The notes: generated by a model from the letters alone, not told the origin. Shown: positions 17,571-28,402, counted from the stretch's first letter. The stretch: DNA of 64,000 bases from Hyphomicrobiaceae bacterium (GCA_035574175.1 DATLZB010000109.1:310-64309); one strand, 5' to 3'. A program made the numbers and translations.

Positions 17571-20138
17571 TCACTGACGCAAGCGCGACAGGAACGGCGC
17601 CAGGATGTCGGAATAGTCGTCGGTCCATCCCCGCATACGGCCGGGGGTGAGCGGCGTGGCTCCGGGCAGCGCACTGAACTCCTTGATCATCTCGGGACTC
17701 TTGGAAAACACGCCGACGGTCGAAGTGGTCGAAGCGTAGCTGCCGTCCGCCTCATCGTCCGAAACCAGCACGCCATGCAGCTCAGGCACCAGCGGTTGAT
17801 TGGCACCCAACACCGAGTCGAGGTCGAGATAGCGGTTGGAGATGTGCAGCACCACAACGCCTTCGGGCTTCAGCTTGTTTGCGTACATCCTCATGGCGTC
17901 GGCGGTCAGCATGTGGACCGGGATGGCATCGGAGGAAAACGCATCGACGATGATGAGGTCGTAGCTCCCAGGGGGTTCCTTGGCCAGGGTTAGCCGCGCA
18001 TCGCCGATGACGATGTCTGGGTTGGGCTGGCAGTTGGCGATGAAGCTGAAGTTGCGCGGGTTGGAGGATATCTCGACGATGGTCGGATCGATCTCAAAGA
18101 TGCGCCAGCGCTCGCCTTCCTTGGCGTAGCAGACGAGGGAGCCGGTACCGAGCCCGACGATGCCGTAGCGGCCCTTCTCGCCCTTGGCTTCGAGGCGGCT
18201 GCGGACGATCTCGACCGATTTCGCCATCGGGCTCTTGGGGTGGTAGTAGGTGGTCGGCGTCGTGTTGAGCACGGGTTGTCCGGAAGGGTCCCTGACGCGC
18301 TGGGCGCCATGCAACGTGGTGCCGTGTGTCAACACGTGGAACTGGCCGTCGTTGGATTCGGACACCCGATAGACGCCGAAGTAGCTGCGCTGGGCATCAC
18401 CGCGCTTGACCGAGGACGGTAGGGCGACCACAGCGAGACACATGAGCAGGCCAGCAACGAGCTGGCGGGCCGGATAGCGCCAGACCAGGGCAACGACGAT
18501 GGCGAACGCGAGCGCCAGCGCCGCCGCCGCGCCATAGTCGTTGAAGGTCCAGCCGTTGCGCTGGCCGATCGCCGGCACCCAGTACAAGGCGAGCAGGCCC
18601 AGCGCTACCAGCACCCAGAAGCGCAGCAGCTCGGTCCTGTCTGCTACCTTGTTCGCCAAGGTGGCGGGCGTTGCGGCGTTGAGCGCACGGCCGACGACGG
18701 CGGCCGTCGATTGGACATAGCCAATGATGTTGACGCCTGGCCGGCAGGCGAGTGTCAGCGCCAGCAGGATGGGGTACTCCAGTACCTCCGAGAAAAGCTT
18801 GGGCGCAATGAGCGCTGCGAACAGCCCCCCGAGCACGCCGCCCAGCGACATGAAGAGATAGAACTGGGTGAGAAATCGGGCGGCCGGCCGCGCCTCATAC
18901 AGTGTGCGGTGGGCGACCAAACCCGAGAGGAAGAACGCCGCGACGCCGGTGGCGGCGGTCGTGATCCACGTGTCGTGGCGGGTCTGGGAAAGCTGCAGGA
19001 GCGCGATCACCACAGCGGCGAGTTGGCCCCACAACAGCCAGGCGCGCGGTGCCATCGATCCGTACAGGTAGACCCAGACGAAGGCTGCCGTGATGCCGCC
19101 GGCCGCCACCAGAAGGACAGGGGTGGGCAGGTAGACATGCAGGAAGACGGCGCCGAACCAGCGTAGGAACAGGAAGGCGGCTACGGCAACGGTGATCGCC
19201 AGCGGCGCCAGCACGATCGGCCGGTCGCGGAACACGAACACGAAGGTCAGCAGATAGAGCGAGAGCGGCAGCACCCAGATGAGGGGAGCGGAAGCGACGT
19301 CGGTCGCGATATGGGTGGTGTAGGCGACGAGGAGCGCAGACGGTACCAGCGCCAAGCCGATCCAGACCAGCCGGTCGCGCCAAGTAGGAGGCGCAGAATC
19401 GGTGGCGTCCGGTTCTAGAGCGGCGGCCGGTTCGTTGTCGGTGGCGCCCAGCTGGTAAAGCGTAAAGAAGCATACCGCGATGGCAGCGGCGAGGACTATG
19501 AAACCGACCGTCCAGATCTGGCTTAGTGCGGTCAGCCCGAACGCCGGCTCGAGCACAAAGGGATAGCCGAGCAGGGCGATAAAGCTGCCGAGATTGCTGG
19601 CCGCATACAGGAAGTAGGGGTCACGGCCCTGCGGGTGACCGGTGCGCGCGAACCACGCCTGCAGCAGAGGGGCGTTGGCAGAGATCGCTAGAAACGGCAG
19701 CCCGATGGCGACCGTGAACAGCCCGAGCTGCCAGAGATAGGGATCGCCAGGCGGCGGCTCGCGCCAGCCGGCGGGCAGGCCGATCGGCAGCGTCAGCATG
19801 GCGAGCGCAAACACGCCCAGGTGCACGAAACCGGCATAGCGCGTCGCCAGGTGGCGGTTGATGTAGTGGGCGTAGCAGTAGCCGGCGAGCAGGGCGCCCT
19901 GAAAGAAGCACAGCGCAACGGCCCACACCGACGGCGCTCCACCCAGAATCGGCAGCACCATCTTGGCAAACATGGGCTGGATCAGGAACAGAAGCAGGGC
20001 GGAGATGAAGGTCGTGATCGTGAAGATCCAGACCACAAGGGGGGCCGATGCCGTGAGCAGCTTGGCCGCTCCCGAAGTGAGCGCGAGGTCCTTGACCGTG
20101 CGCGGGGCGCTCTGCGAGGGCGCCGCATCGTTGTTCAT
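17571..20138 (-). CDS. fused polytopic membrane domain / spermidine synthase-like methyltransferase-fold protein
   Basis: About 500 aa of repeated hydrophobic helices. These are followed by GIVGLGTGSL...WRIFEIDPTIVEIS...YDLIIVDAFSSDAIPVHMLT (spermidine synthase-like fold). AGGAG precedes ATG 20138. The stop abuts the kinase stop with 0 nt spacing. Confidence 0.75.
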   Translation of the reverse strand: MNNDAAPSQSAPRTVKDLALTSGAAKLLTASAPLVVWIFTITTFISALLLFLIQPMFAKMVLPILGGAPSVWAVALCFFQGALLAGYCYAHYINRHLATRYAGFVHLGVFALAMLTLPIGLPAGWREPPPGDPYLWQLGLFTVAIGLPFLAISANAPLLQAWFARTGHPQGRDPYFLYAASNLGSFIALLGYPFVLEPAFGLTALSQIWTVGFIVLAAAIAVCFFTLYQLGATDNEPAAALEPDATDSAPPTWRDRLVWIGLALVPSALLVAYTTHIATDVASAPLIWVLPLSLYLLTFVFVFRDRPIVLAPLAITVAVAAFLFLRWFGAVFLHVYLPTPVLLVAAGGITAAFVWVYLYGSMAPRAWLLWGQLAAVVIALLQLSQTRHDTWITTAATGVAAFFLSGLVAHRTLYEARPAARFLTQFYLFMSLGGVLGGLFAALIAPKLFSEVLEYPILLALTLACRPGVNIIGYVQSTAAVVGRALNAATPATLANKVADRTELLRFWVLVALGLLALYWVPAIGQRNGWTFNDYGAAAALALAFAIVVALVWRYPARQLVAGLLMCLAVVALPSSVKRGDAQRSYFGVYRVSESNDGQFHVLTHGTTLHGAQRVRDPSGQPVLNTTPTTYYHPKSPMAKSVEIVRSRLEAKGEKGRYGIVGLGTGSLVCYAKEGERWRIFEIDPTIVEISSNPRNFSFIANCQPNPDIVIGDARLTLAKEPPGSYDLIIVDAFSSDAIPVHMLTADAMRMYANKLKPEGVVVLHISNRYLDLDSVLGANQPLVPELHGVLVSDDEADGSYASTTSTVGVFSKSPEMIKEFSALPGATPLTPGRMRGWTDDYSDILAPFLSRLRQ

Positions 20139-20279
20139 TTCGACTCCTGTAAGGACGGCATCGGCCCTGTTATTCAACGCCTAGATGCTCTGCCGGGTGT
20201 GCGGCGTCAATAGCAGCTTGCGCCCATCGTGCCACCATCCTGCGCGTGGCCCGGTTCGCATGTCGGGAGCGCACGGTGC

Positions 20280-20969
20280 TCAGATCTCGACCGCAGCACC
20301 GATCTTCGGTACCACCACCCCGGTCTTTCCCATCTCCGAGACGAAGCTCTCGGCGGTCTGGTCGATGATTGGGAAGGTGCCGTAGTGACAAGGAATGATG
20401 GTCTTGAATTTGAAGAACTTCTTACAGGCGAAGGCGGCCGAGCGGGCGCCCATGGTGAAGCGGTCGCCGATCGGGACGATGCCGATCTCGGGCCGATGGA
20501 ACTCCCCGATCAGCGCCATGCCGGCGAACATCTCGGTGTCGCCCATGTGATAGAGCGTCGGTCCCTGCTGCGGCTTGATCACAATGCCGCAGGGATTGCC
20601 AAAATAGATGCCGTTCGAGGACGAGGAGTGATGGGCGATGGTCAGCGTGAGGTCGAAGTCGGCGGACCTGACGGTGCCGCCGGTGTTCATCGGCTCGAGC
20701 TTCTCCACGCCCTTCTGACCAAGGTGCATGGCAAGCTCGAACACGGCAAACAGGGTCGCGCCGCGCAGCCGGCAAATCTCGGCGGCGTCGCCTACGTGAT
20801 CGTCATGGCCGTGCGACAGGGCGACGTGGGTGACGCCTTTGGTGACCTCATTCCAGTCGAGCCCGGACCGCTCGAACGATGGGTTGCCCTTGAGGAACGG
20901 GTCGATCAGGATGACACTGCTGCCGGTCTCGATGCGGAAGCAGGAGTGGCCGAGCCAAGTGATCTTCAT
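20280..20969 (-). CDS. metal-dependent hydrolase, MBL fold (UPF0173 family)
   Basis: MKITWLGHSCFRIETGS and the HxHxDH motif LSHGHDDHVGD. GGAGAA precedes ATG 20969. Confidence 0.85.
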   Translation of the reverse strand: MKITWLGHSCFRIETGSSVILIDPFLKGNPSFERSGLDWNEVTKGVTHVALSHGHDDHVGDAAEICRLRGATLFAVFELAMHLGQKGVEKLEPMNTGGTVRSADFDLTLTIAHHSSSSNGIYFGNPCGIVIKPQQGPTLYHMGDTEMFAGMALIGEFHRPEIGIVPIGDRFTMGARSAAFACKKFFKFKTIIPCHYGTFPIIDQTAESFVSEMGKTGVVVPKIGAAVEI

Positions 20970-21041
20970 GCCAACGTTCTCCCTAGAAGGCTGCCTTGTG
21001 TGTGGCTTTAGCATGGCGGCAATGAACCGGTACTGCAACGC

Positions 21042-21545
21042 GTGATGGGCTGGAACAGGGTGCTGCAGGGTGGTGGCGAAACGTTGGACGACGTAGGGGA
21101 GTTCGCCAAACGGTTGCCTCCCAAAGGGCGGCTCGTCGGCCTCGATCTCGGTACTCGGACGATCGGGCTTGCGCTGTCCGATGTGGGGCGCACCGTCGCA
21201 TCCCCGCTCGAGACCATCCGGCGCACCAACTTATCAGCGGGCGCGGCGCGGCTCATCGCGCTCGCGGAGAAGCACGCGGTGGCCGGCTTGGTGCTCGGCC
21301 TGCCGCTCCATCTCGACGGGCGGGAGGGACGGCGGGTACAGGCGACGCGGGCGTTCGCGGCCAATCTCAACAAAGTCTTAAGCTTGCCCATCCTGCTTTG
21401 GGACGAGCGGCTGTCGACGGCGGCGGCCGAGCGAGCGCTGATCGATGCCGATGCCAGCCGCCGGCGCCGGGCGGAGGTCATCGACAAGGTGGCGGCAGCG
21501 ATCATCCTGCAAGGCGCACTCGACCGGCTCAACCGGCTCGGCTAG
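21042..21545 (+). CDS. ruvX: Holliday junction resolvase-like protein RuvX (YqgF)
   Basis: [19 protein letters not shown] and ...[12 protein letters not shown] are YqgF signatures. The start could be GTG 21042 or ATG 21045. Confidence 0.85.
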   Translation: MMGWNRVLQGGGETLDDVGEFAKRLPPKGRLVGLDLGTRTIGLALSDVGRTVASPLETIRRTNLSAGAARLIALAEKHAVAGLVLGLPLHLDGREGRRVQATRAFAANLNKVLSLPILLWDERLSTAAAERALIDADASRRRRAEVIDKVAAAIILQGALDRLNRLG

Positions 21546-21625
21546 GCCCAGGCCGGGCGCGGTTGCGCGTAGATAGGCTGCGGGCTATCACACCGCTCGT
21601 GACGGGGATCGCGGAGCGCATCAGG

Positions 21626-21913
21626 ATGGAGATCGACGAAGCCACGGTGCGGCGCATCGCTCGCCTGGCCCGCATCGAGATCACCGATGCCGAGGCGAAG
21701 GGGCTCGTCGGCGAGCTGTCCGGCATTCTCGACTGGGTTGCCCAACTCAATGAGGTCGACACCAGCGCGGTGGAACCAATGACGCGAGTCGTGCCGATCA
21801 AGCTCAAGCAGCGCGCGGACGAGGTAACCGACGGCGGCATTGCCGACGACATCGTGCGCAATGCGCCAATAGCCGAGGATCACCTGTTCGTCGTGCCCAA
21901 GGTGGTGGAGTAG
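21626..21913 (+). CDS. gatC: Asp-tRNA(Asn)/Glu-tRNA(Gln) amidotransferase subunit C
   Basis: 95 aa. [39 protein letters not shown] is the typical GatC sequence. Confidence 0.9.
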   Translation: MEIDEATVRRIARLARIEITDAEAKGLVGELSGILDWVAQLNEVDTSAVEPMTRVVPIKLKQRADEVTDGGIADDIVRNAPIAEDHLFVVPKVVE

Positions 21914-21920
21914 GCCCACC

Positions 21921-22400
21921 ATGGCGGTGACCGTGGCGATCGAGACGCCGCTGCGGGACGATGTGCGCCAGCTCATCGCCGAGCTCAACCAGGTCTTGTT
22001 GGCGTTGACCCCACCGGAATTCTGTTTCCACATGACGGTGGAAGAGGTGGCGCAGCCGGACACGACGGTGTTCGTGGCCAGGGATGGCGGCACCGCGGTT
22101 GCCTGCGGGGCGCTGCGCCGCCATGCCAACCGCATTGGCGAGGTCAAGCGCATGTACACAAGGCCGTCGCATCAGGGCCGCGGTATCGGCAAGGGGATCC
22201 TGGCCAAGATCGAGGGCCTGGCGCGGGCGGAGGGCCTTCGGCAGCTGGTGATAGAAACCGGCACCCGTCATTTCGCCGCCAAACGCATCTACGAGAAAGC
22301 CGGTTTTACCGTCTGCGGCGCGGTGCTCGACTATCCTCAATCGCCCTACTCGGTCTTCTACGAGAAGACGATCGCCGCCGAAGGCGCGCCTGCGTCATGA
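21921..22400 (+). CDS. GNAT family N-acetyltransferase embedded between gatC and gatA
   Basis: [22 protein letters not shown] (acetyl-CoA loop) and YEKAGF. Starts 8 nt after the gatC stop. Its stop overlaps the gatA start (ATGA 22397-22400). Confidence 0.8.
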   Translation: MAVTVAIETPLRDDVRQLIAELNQVLLALTPPEFCFHMTVEEVAQPDTTVFVARDGGTAVACGALRRHANRIGEVKRMYTRPSHQGRGIGKGILAKIEGLARAEGLRQLVIETGTRHFAAKRIYEKAGFTVCGAVLDYPQSPYSVFYEKTIAAEGAPAS

Positions 22401-23884
22401 CCGATCTCGCCAGGCTGACCCTCGCAGAGGCGCGCGACAAGCTCCGCAGCAAGGAGGCGTCCGCGGCCGAACTGACCTGGGCGCTCATTCAGCGCATCGA
22501 GGAGGCCAATCCCCGGCTCAACGCCTTCGTGCTGCCGACGCCGGAGCTCGCTATGGCGCAGGCGCGCGCCAGCGACGGGCGCATCGCCAAAGGTGAGGCC
22601 CGACCGCTCGAGGGGATTGCGCTCGGCATCAAGGACCTGTTCTGTACGCGCGGCGTGCGCACCACGGCGTGCTCTCGGATTCTCGGCAACTTCACGCCGA
22701 CCTACGAATCAACGGTGACGCAGAACCTGCTCGATGCCGGGGCGGTGATGCTCGGCAAGCTCAATTGCGACGAGTTCGCGATGGGCTCTTCCAACGAGAC
22801 GAGCTGCTTTGGACCCGTCGTCAATCCGTGGCGGCGGAAGGGCTCGGACGCCGGCCTCGTGCCGGGTGGCTCCTCGGGCGGATCGGCAGCGGCGGTGGCG
22901 GCCGATCTCTGCCTTGGGGCGACGGCGACGGACACCGGTGGCTCGATCCGCCAGCCGGCGGCGCTGACCGGCACGGTAGGCTTGAAGCCCACCTACGGGC
23001 GTTGCTCACGGTGGGGTATCGTCGCCTTCGCCTCCTCGCTCGATCAGGCCGGGCCGATCGCCAAGACGGTGCGCGATGCCGCCATCCTGTTGCGGCACAT
23101 GGCCGGGCACGACCCCAAGGACTCCACCTCGGTCGACGTGCCGGTGCCCGATTACGAGGCGGAGCTCGGCAAGAGCCTCAAGGGGCTGCGCGTCGGGGTG
23201 CCCAAGGAGTACCGGGTCGAGGGCATGTCGAAGGAGGTGGAGGAACTGTGGAGCTCGGGAATCGCCTGGCTCAAGGCGGCAGGCGCCAGCATCCGCGACA
23301 TCTCCATGCCACACACAAAGTACGCGTTACCGGCCTACTACATCGTGGCGCCAGCCGAAGCCTCCTCCAATCTCGCGCGCTACGACGGGGTGCGTTACGG
23401 CCTGCGGGTGGCGCACGGAGATCTCACGCGGATGTACGAGGCGACGCGGGCGGCGGGCTTTGGCAAGGAGGTGCGACGGCGCGTGCTGATCGGCACCTAC
23501 GTGCTGTCGGCGGGCTACTATGACGCTTACTATCTCAAGGCGCAGAAGGTGAGGACGCTCATCAAGCGCGATTTCGACGAGGCGTGGGCCAAAGTGGACG
23601 TGGTGCTGACGCCGACCACGCCGACGCCGGCATTCGCGCAGGGCGAAAAGAGCGGCGATCCCGTCGCCATGTACCTGGAAGACATTTTCACGGTGACGGT
23701 GAACATGGCGGGACTGCCCGGCATTTCGGTGCCGGCAGGGCTTTCCGCGCAAGGCACGCCGCTGGGCCTCCAGCTCATCGGCAAGCCGTTCGACGAGCCG
23801 ACGCTGTTCCGCGCCGCCCACGTCATCGAGGAGGCGGCGGGCCGCTTTACGGTGCCCGAGCGCTGGTGGGAGCGGGCGGCCTGA
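22397..23884 (+). CDS. gatA: Asp-tRNA(Asn)/Glu-tRNA(Gln) amidotransferase subunit A
   Basis: Amidase signature [13 protein letters not shown]...[13 protein letters not shown]. 495 aa. Confidence 0.95.
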   Translation: MTDLARLTLAEARDKLRSKEASAAELTWALIQRIEEANPRLNAFVLPTPELAMAQARASDGRIAKGEARPLEGIALGIKDLFCTRGVRTTACSRILGNFTPTYESTVTQNLLDAGAVMLGKLNCDEFAMGSSNETSCFGPVVNPWRRKGSDAGLVPGGSSGGSAAAVAADLCLGATATDTGGSIRQPAALTGTVGLKPTYGRCSRWGIVAFASSLDQAGPIAKTVRDAAILLRHMAGHDPKDSTSVDVPVPDYEAELGKSLKGLRVGVPKEYRVEGMSKEVEELWSSGIAWLKAAGASIRDISMPHTKYALPAYYIVAPAEASSNLARYDGVRYGLRVAHGDLTRMYEATRAAGFGKEVRRRVLIGTYVLSAGYYDAYYLKAQKVRTLIKRDFDEAWAKVDVVLTPTTPTPAFAQGEKSGDPVAMYLEDIFTVTVNMAGLPGISVPAGLSAQGTPLGLQLIGKPFDEPTLFRAAHVIEEAAGRFTVPERWWERAA

Positions 23885-23920
23885 TACCGGCGTCGGGAAG
23901 AATCAAAAGGGGCAGCAGTC

Positions 23921-24319
23921 ATGGTCGAGCGGCGGAACATCTCCTCGGGCAGCCCCTACGAGCCGATCGTCGGATTCTCCCGCGCGGTTCGCATCGGCAA
24001 TATCGTCGCCGTGGGCGGTACGGCACCCATCGGACCCGACGGCAAAACGGTCGGCATCGGCGACCCGGCGGCACAAGCCAGGCGCTGCTTCGAAATCACC
24101 CGGCTGGCACTCGAGCAGGCGGGCGCCAGCCTCGGCGACGTGATACGCACCCGCTTTCTGCTCACCGACATCGCCCACTGGGAGGCGGTGGCAAAAGTGC
24201 ATGGGGAGATCTTCTCCGCCATCCGTCCAGCGACCACAATGGTGCAGGTGGCACGCTTCATCGATCCCGACTGGCTGGTCGAGACCGAGGTCGATGCCGT
24301 GCTGGCAACGGGTGCGTGA
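23921..24319 (+). CDS. RidA/YjgF family protein
   Basis: 132 aa. GNIVAVGGTAPIGPDGK...ARRCFEI...LEQAGASLGDVIRTRFLLTD is the YjgF/RidA fold pattern. Confidence 0.8.
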   Translation: MVERRNISSGSPYEPIVGFSRAVRIGNIVAVGGTAPIGPDGKTVGIGDPAAQARRCFEITRLALEQAGASLGDVIRTRFLLTDIAHWEAVAKVHGEIFSAIRPATTMVQVARFIDPDWLVETEVDAVLATGA

Positions 24320-24345
24320 TAGACAGGCAAGCGGAGTGAAACGCT

Positions 24346-24669
24346 ATGGCTGCTCGACCGCCGCAGGAGTGCCGCGACATGAGTGAGGTGCGAACCGAAA
24401 TCGACCGCATCGACCGCGCCCTGGTCGATCTCATCGCCGAACGCTTCGGCTACGTGGAGCGCGCCTGGCAGATCAAGCTCGCCAATAACGAGGAGGCGAA
24501 CGTGCCCTGGCGCAACCAGGAGGTGATCGACAGGGTGCGCGCGCGGGCGGCCGAGCGCGGGGTGCCGCCCGATCTCGTCGAGGCCCTGTGGCGGCAGATG
24601 ATCGGCTGGTTCATCCAGTACGAGGAGGAAAAGCTGCGCGACAAGCTCGAGGCCAGGGCGAAGAAGTAG
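24346..24669 (+). CDS. chorismate mutase (AroQ class)
   Basis: VRTEIDRIDRALVDLIAERFGYV and PDLVEALWRQMI match type II chorismate mutase helices. An alternative start is ATG 24379. Confidence 0.75.
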   Translation: MAARPPQECRDMSEVRTEIDRIDRALVDLIAERFGYVERAWQIKLANNEEANVPWRNQEVIDRVRARAAERGVPPDLVEALWRQMIGWFIQYEEEKLRDKLEARAKK

Positions 24670-24681
24670 GCGGGAGGCTGC

Positions 24682-25560
24682 TCACGCGCGAGGCAGGTCG
24701 CCTGCCGCTTGGCCGGCGGGCTTGCGCAGGCCGGCGAGGACGCCGTGTCTCGGCGCGAGCAGGAATGCGATGAGGAACACGGCCGCCTGCAGCAGCACGA
24801 TACAGGGGCCGGTGGCGCCGTCGATGTGGAAGCTCAGCAGCGTGCCGAGCACGCTCGAGCCAATGGCGACGGCAGAGGCGATGACGAGCATGCGTTCGAA
24901 GCGGTCGGTCAGCAGGTAGGCGATGGCGCCCGGCGCCACTAGCATGGCAACCACCAGGATAATACCCACCGCCTTCAACGAAGCGACGATGCTGAGCGCC
25001 AGCAACACGAGCAGCGTATAGTGGATGGCGCGCACAGGGAGACCCACGGCGCGGGCGTGTTGGGGATCGAAGCAGTAGAGCAAGAGGTCTCGGCGCTTCA
25101 GCAGTACGACCAGCAGCGTGCCGCCGGCGACGATGCCCACCTCGACGAGGTCGGCGGCCGTGACGCCAAGCATGTTGCCGAACAGGATGTGGAGGAGGTG
25201 CTGGTCGGTCTCGATCTTGGTGAACATGACGAGCCCCAGACCGAACATGCCGGAGAACACGACGCCCATGACGGTGTCCTCCTTCACGCGGCTGTTCTCC
25301 TTGAAGAATCCGGTGAGCAGAGCGCAGGCTAGGCCGCCGGCGAAGGCGCCGGCGGCGAGCGGCAGACCGGCGATGTAGGCGAGCACGATGCCGGGGAGCA
25401 CTGCGTGCGAGACGGCATCGCCCATCAGCGACCAGCCCTTAAGCACGAGGTAGCAGGAGAGCACGGCGCAGACGGCGCCGACCAGTATGGAGACGACGAG
25501 AGCGCGCTGCATGAAGCCGTAGCTCAAGGGGAGCGCCACGAAATCCCACAGCACGCTCAT
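24682..25560 (-). CDS. sitD: metal (Mn/Fe) ABC transporter permease
   Basis: ABC-3 family permease, 292 aa, multi-helix. Overlaps the upstream permease gene by 4 nt. Confidence 0.85.
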   Translation of the reverse strand: MSVLWDFVALPLSYGFMQRALVVSILVGAVCAVLSCYLVLKGWSLMGDAVSHAVLPGIVLAYIAGLPLAAGAFAGGLACALLTGFFKENSRVKEDTVMGVVFSGMFGLGLVMFTKIETDQHLLHILFGNMLGVTAADLVEVGIVAGGTLLVVLLKRRDLLLYCFDPQHARAVGLPVRAIHYTLLVLLALSIVASLKAVGIILVVAMLVAPGAIAYLLTDRFERMLVIASAVAIGSSVLGTLLSFHIDGATGPCIVLLQAAVFLIAFLLAPRHGVLAGLRKPAGQAAGDLPRA

Positions 25561-26414
25561 GACGTCACCTCACGCGTGGTCGTTGCCCGCCGGCGCGCGG
25601 CCAGCATGCCGTGCTTTGGCGCGGACAGAAACGCGGCGACGAATAGGGCCGTCTGCAGCGAGACGATGACGCCGCCGGTGGCGCCGTCGAGAAAGAAACT
25701 CAAATAGGCACCGGCAAAGCTGGTCACCGACCCGATGGCGACGCTCAGGGCAAGCAGCCGGCCGAAGCGGTCGGTGAGCAGGTAGGCGGTGGCGCCGGGG
25801 GTCACCACCATGGCGATGACGAGGCAGGCGCCGACGGTCTGTAGGGCCGCCACCGTGCAAGCGGCCAGGAGGGTGAAGAACAGGACCTTCAGTGCGGTCG
25901 GATCGAGGCCCACGATGCGGGCGTGGCTCTCGTCGAAGAACACCACCATCAGGTCGCGCCACTTCAAGAGCAGGATGGCGAGCGAGACGGCGGCGATGAC
26001 GACGACCTGCACAGCATCCTCGTCGGCAATGCCTAAAATGTTGCCGAGCACGATCGTCTGTACGTTGACCGAGGTCGGGTAGAGCGAGATCATAAGCAGG
26101 CCGGCGGCGAAGAAGGAGGTGAAGACGATGCCGATGACGGCGTCCTCTCTGAGCCGTGAGCGCTGGCGGACGATGGCCATGCCCAAGGCCGCCATCATGC
26201 CGGCAAAGAAGGCACCGAGCGCATAGGGCAGACCTAAAAGGTAGGCGCCGGCGACGCCAGGCACGATGGAGTGGCCGAGCGCATCGCCCATCAGCGACCA
26301 ACCCTTGAGCATCAGGTAGGCGGAAAGAAAGGCGCAGGTGGCCCCGACCAGGGCGCTCACCCACATGGCCTTGATCATGTAGTTGTACTCGAAGGGGACG
26401 AGCAGCTCGCTCAC
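25557..26414 (-). CDS. sitC: metal (Mn/Fe) ABC transporter permease
   Basis: ABC-3 family permease, paralogous to the downstream gene. GTG start at 26414 overlaps the ATPase stop. Confidence 0.85.
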   Translation of the reverse strand: MSELLVPFEYNYMIKAMWVSALVGATCAFLSAYLMLKGWSLMGDALGHSIVPGVAGAYLLGLPYALGAFFAGMMAALGMAIVRQRSRLREDAVIGIVFTSFFAAGLLMISLYPTSVNVQTIVLGNILGIADEDAVQVVVIAAVSLAILLLKWRDLMVVFFDESHARIVGLDPTALKVLFFTLLAACTVAALQTVGACLVIAMVVTPGATAYLLTDRFGRLLALSVAIGSVTSFAGAYLSFFLDGATGGVIVSLQTALFVAAFLSAPKHGMLAARRRATTTREVTS

Positions 26415-27334
26415 CGCTTGTCCTCCTTGCGGGTGCCGCCGAGCGGCTCGCCAGCCTTGCGGCGGTCGCCGTAGAAGACGACGGGGCGTTCGTCGTCGGT
26501 CAGCACGGTGACGCCGCGCTGGTCGTCGTCCTGGTGCAGCTCAGCGCCCTCGAGGCGGAAATGGCGCAGCACGCCGCCGAAAGCGCGCTCCAGGTTGGCT
26601 TGCGTAAAGGTGGTCGCGGTCGGACCGGCGGCGAGCACCTTGCGGTTCACCAGCACGACCTGATCGCAAAAGTCGGGCACGCTGCCGAGGTTGTGGGTGG
26701 AGACCAGCATCAGGCGCCCCAAATCGCGCAGCTCGCGGAGCAGGTCAACAATGACCGTCTCCGTTTTCACGTCGACACCGGTGAACGGCTCGTCGAGCAG
26801 GATAAGCCGCCCCTCCTGAGCGAGGGCGCGGGCGAGGAAAACCCGCTTCTTCTGGCCGCCCGAGAGCTCGCCGATCTGGCGGGTGCGGAAGGCGCTCATG
26901 CCGACACGCTCGAGCGCTTCGTCCACCTTGCGGCGATCCTCGGCGGAGGCGATGCGCAGGAAGCCCATGCGACCGTAGCGGCCCATCATCACCACGTCCT
27001 CGACGAGCACGGGAAAGTTCCAGTCCACGTCCTCGCTCTGGGGCACGTAGGCGACGGCGGCAAGCCGCATGGCTTCGCGTGCGGGAAGACCACAGATCTT
27101 GACCTCGCCCCGGCGCGGCGTAACGAAGCCCATGATCGCCTTAAACAGCGTGGACTTGCCGGAGCCGTTGATGCCGACCAGCCCGCAGATGCTGCCTGGG
27201 CCCAGCTCGAAGGAGGCATCGGTGAGCGCGGTCGTCCCGTTGGGATAGGTGACGGTCACGCCCTGCACCGAGAGCGAGGCGACGAGGCCTCCGGTATCGG
27301 CCGGTTTGGCGAATGCCGGGGAGTGGTCGAGCAT
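26411..27334 (-). CDS. sitB: metal (Mn/Fe) ABC transporter ATP-binding protein
   Basis: Walker [10 protein letters not shown], signature LSGGQKKR, Walker B LILLDEP. ATG 27334 overlaps the sitA stop. Confidence 0.9.
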   Translation of the reverse strand: MLDHSPAFAKPADTGGLVASLSVQGVTVTYPNGTTALTDASFELGPGSICGLVGINGSGKSTLFKAIMGFVTPRRGEVKICGLPAREAMRLAAVAYVPQSEDVDWNFPVLVEDVVMMGRYGRMGFLRIASAEDRRKVDEALERVGMSAFRTRQIGELSGGQKKRVFLARALAQEGRLILLDEPFTGVDVKTETVIVDLLRELRDLGRLMLVSTHNLGSVPDFCDQVVLVNRKVLAAGPTATTFTQANLERAFGGVLRHFRLEGAELHQDDDQRGVTVLTDDERPVVFYGDRRKAGEPLGGTRKEDKR

Positions 27335-28254
27335 CACTTGCCGAAGCCCTTGGCGATGGTGTCCACGGTAACCTCCAGCAGCTTCAGGTAGGACGGCACG
27401 GGGCCGCGCTCGTCGCTTAGCGAGTCGACGTAAAGCACGCCGCCGTAGCGGGCGCCGGTCTCGCGCGCAACCTGACGGGCCGGCTTGTCGGAGACCGTGC
27501 TTTCGCTGAAAACCACGGGGATCTTGTTCTTACGCACCTGGTCGATGACGTGGCGCACCTGCTGGGGCGTGCCCTGCTCGTCGGCGTTGATCGGCCAGAG
27601 GTAAAGCTCGCGCAGCCCATAGTCGCGGGCAAGATAGCTGAAGGCGCCCTCGCTCGTCACCAACCAGCGTTGACCCTCGGGGATGGCAGAGAGGCGCGTG
27701 CGCAACGGCTCGTCGATGGCCTTGATCCTGGCAGCGTAGGCGGCGGCGTTCTCGTTGTAGGCGGCGGCGTTGGCGGGGTCGTACTTGGTGAGCGCCCGGC
27801 GGATGTTATCGACATAGATCAGTGCATTCGATGGCGACATCCACGCGTGGGGATTGGGCTTGCCGGTGTAGGGGCCCTCGGTGATGCCGATGGGGGTGAC
27901 GCCCTCGGTGACAACGACGCTCGGCACCTCCTTTACGTTGTCAAAGAAGCGCTCGAACCAGCGCTCGAGGTTCATGCCGTTCCAGATCACGAGGTCGGTG
28001 GATTGCGCCTTCACCACGTCGAGCGGCGTCGGCTGGTAGTCGTGGATCTCGGCGCCCGGCTTGGTGATCGATTCGACGATCGCCGCCGTGCCGGCGACGT
28101 TCTGGGCGATGTCCTGGATAACGGTGAAAGTGGTGACGACCCGGAACGGTTTCCTGGGCGGGCCGGAGACGGCCTCAGCCAGTGCCGAGGCGCCCGTTGC
28201 GGCCCACAACAAACCGCCTGTACTCAACGCTGCAAAGCGCCGCCGATCGATCAT
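27334..28254 (-). CDS. sitA: metal (Mn/Fe) ABC transporter substrate-binding protein (cluster A-I / ZnuA-PsaA fold)
   Basis: [17 protein letters not shown]..., ...HDYQPTP..., ...PHAWMSP... are typical metal-SBP motifs. ATG 28254 is preceded by AGGAG and gives the N-terminus [26 protein letters not shown]. Confidence 0.85.
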   Translation of the reverse strand: MIDRRRFAALSTGGLLWAATGASALAEAVSGPPRKPFRVVTTFTVIQDIAQNVAGTAAIVESITKPGAEIHDYQPTPLDVVKAQSTDLVIWNGMNLERWFERFFDNVKEVPSVVVTEGVTPIGITEGPYTGKPNPHAWMSPSNALIYVDNIRRALTKYDPANAAAYNENAAAYAARIKAIDEPLRTRLSAIPEGQRWLVTSEGAFSYLARDYGLRELYLWPINADEQGTPQQVRHVIDQVRKNKIPVVFSESTVSDKPARQVARETGARYGGVLYVDSLSDERGPVPSYLKLLEVTVDTIAKGFGK

Positions 28255-28293
28255 GACCCCTGCTCCTAGCACGGTTCGAAAGCCGCCTGTTTA

Positions 28294-28317
28294 TTGCAAA
28301 TAGTTTGCAACTGCAAT
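28294..28317. promoter_or_regulatory. candidate Mur/Fur-type operator upstream of sitA
   Basis: TTGCAAATAGTTTGCAACTGCAAT. It has a near-perfect inverted repeat TTGCAAAT/GTTTGCAA plus a third TGCAAT hexamer. It lies 40-63 nt upstream of the sitA start, in the sitA-gatB divergent spacer. Confidence 0.45.
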
Positions 28318-28402
28318 GGGCTGAGGTCGCGTCAGTTCGGGCGAGGATTGCCGCGGCCAGGCCGGTGCGATAACCAACTCGCGGGCGCGAGGAGCGATTT
28401 GC

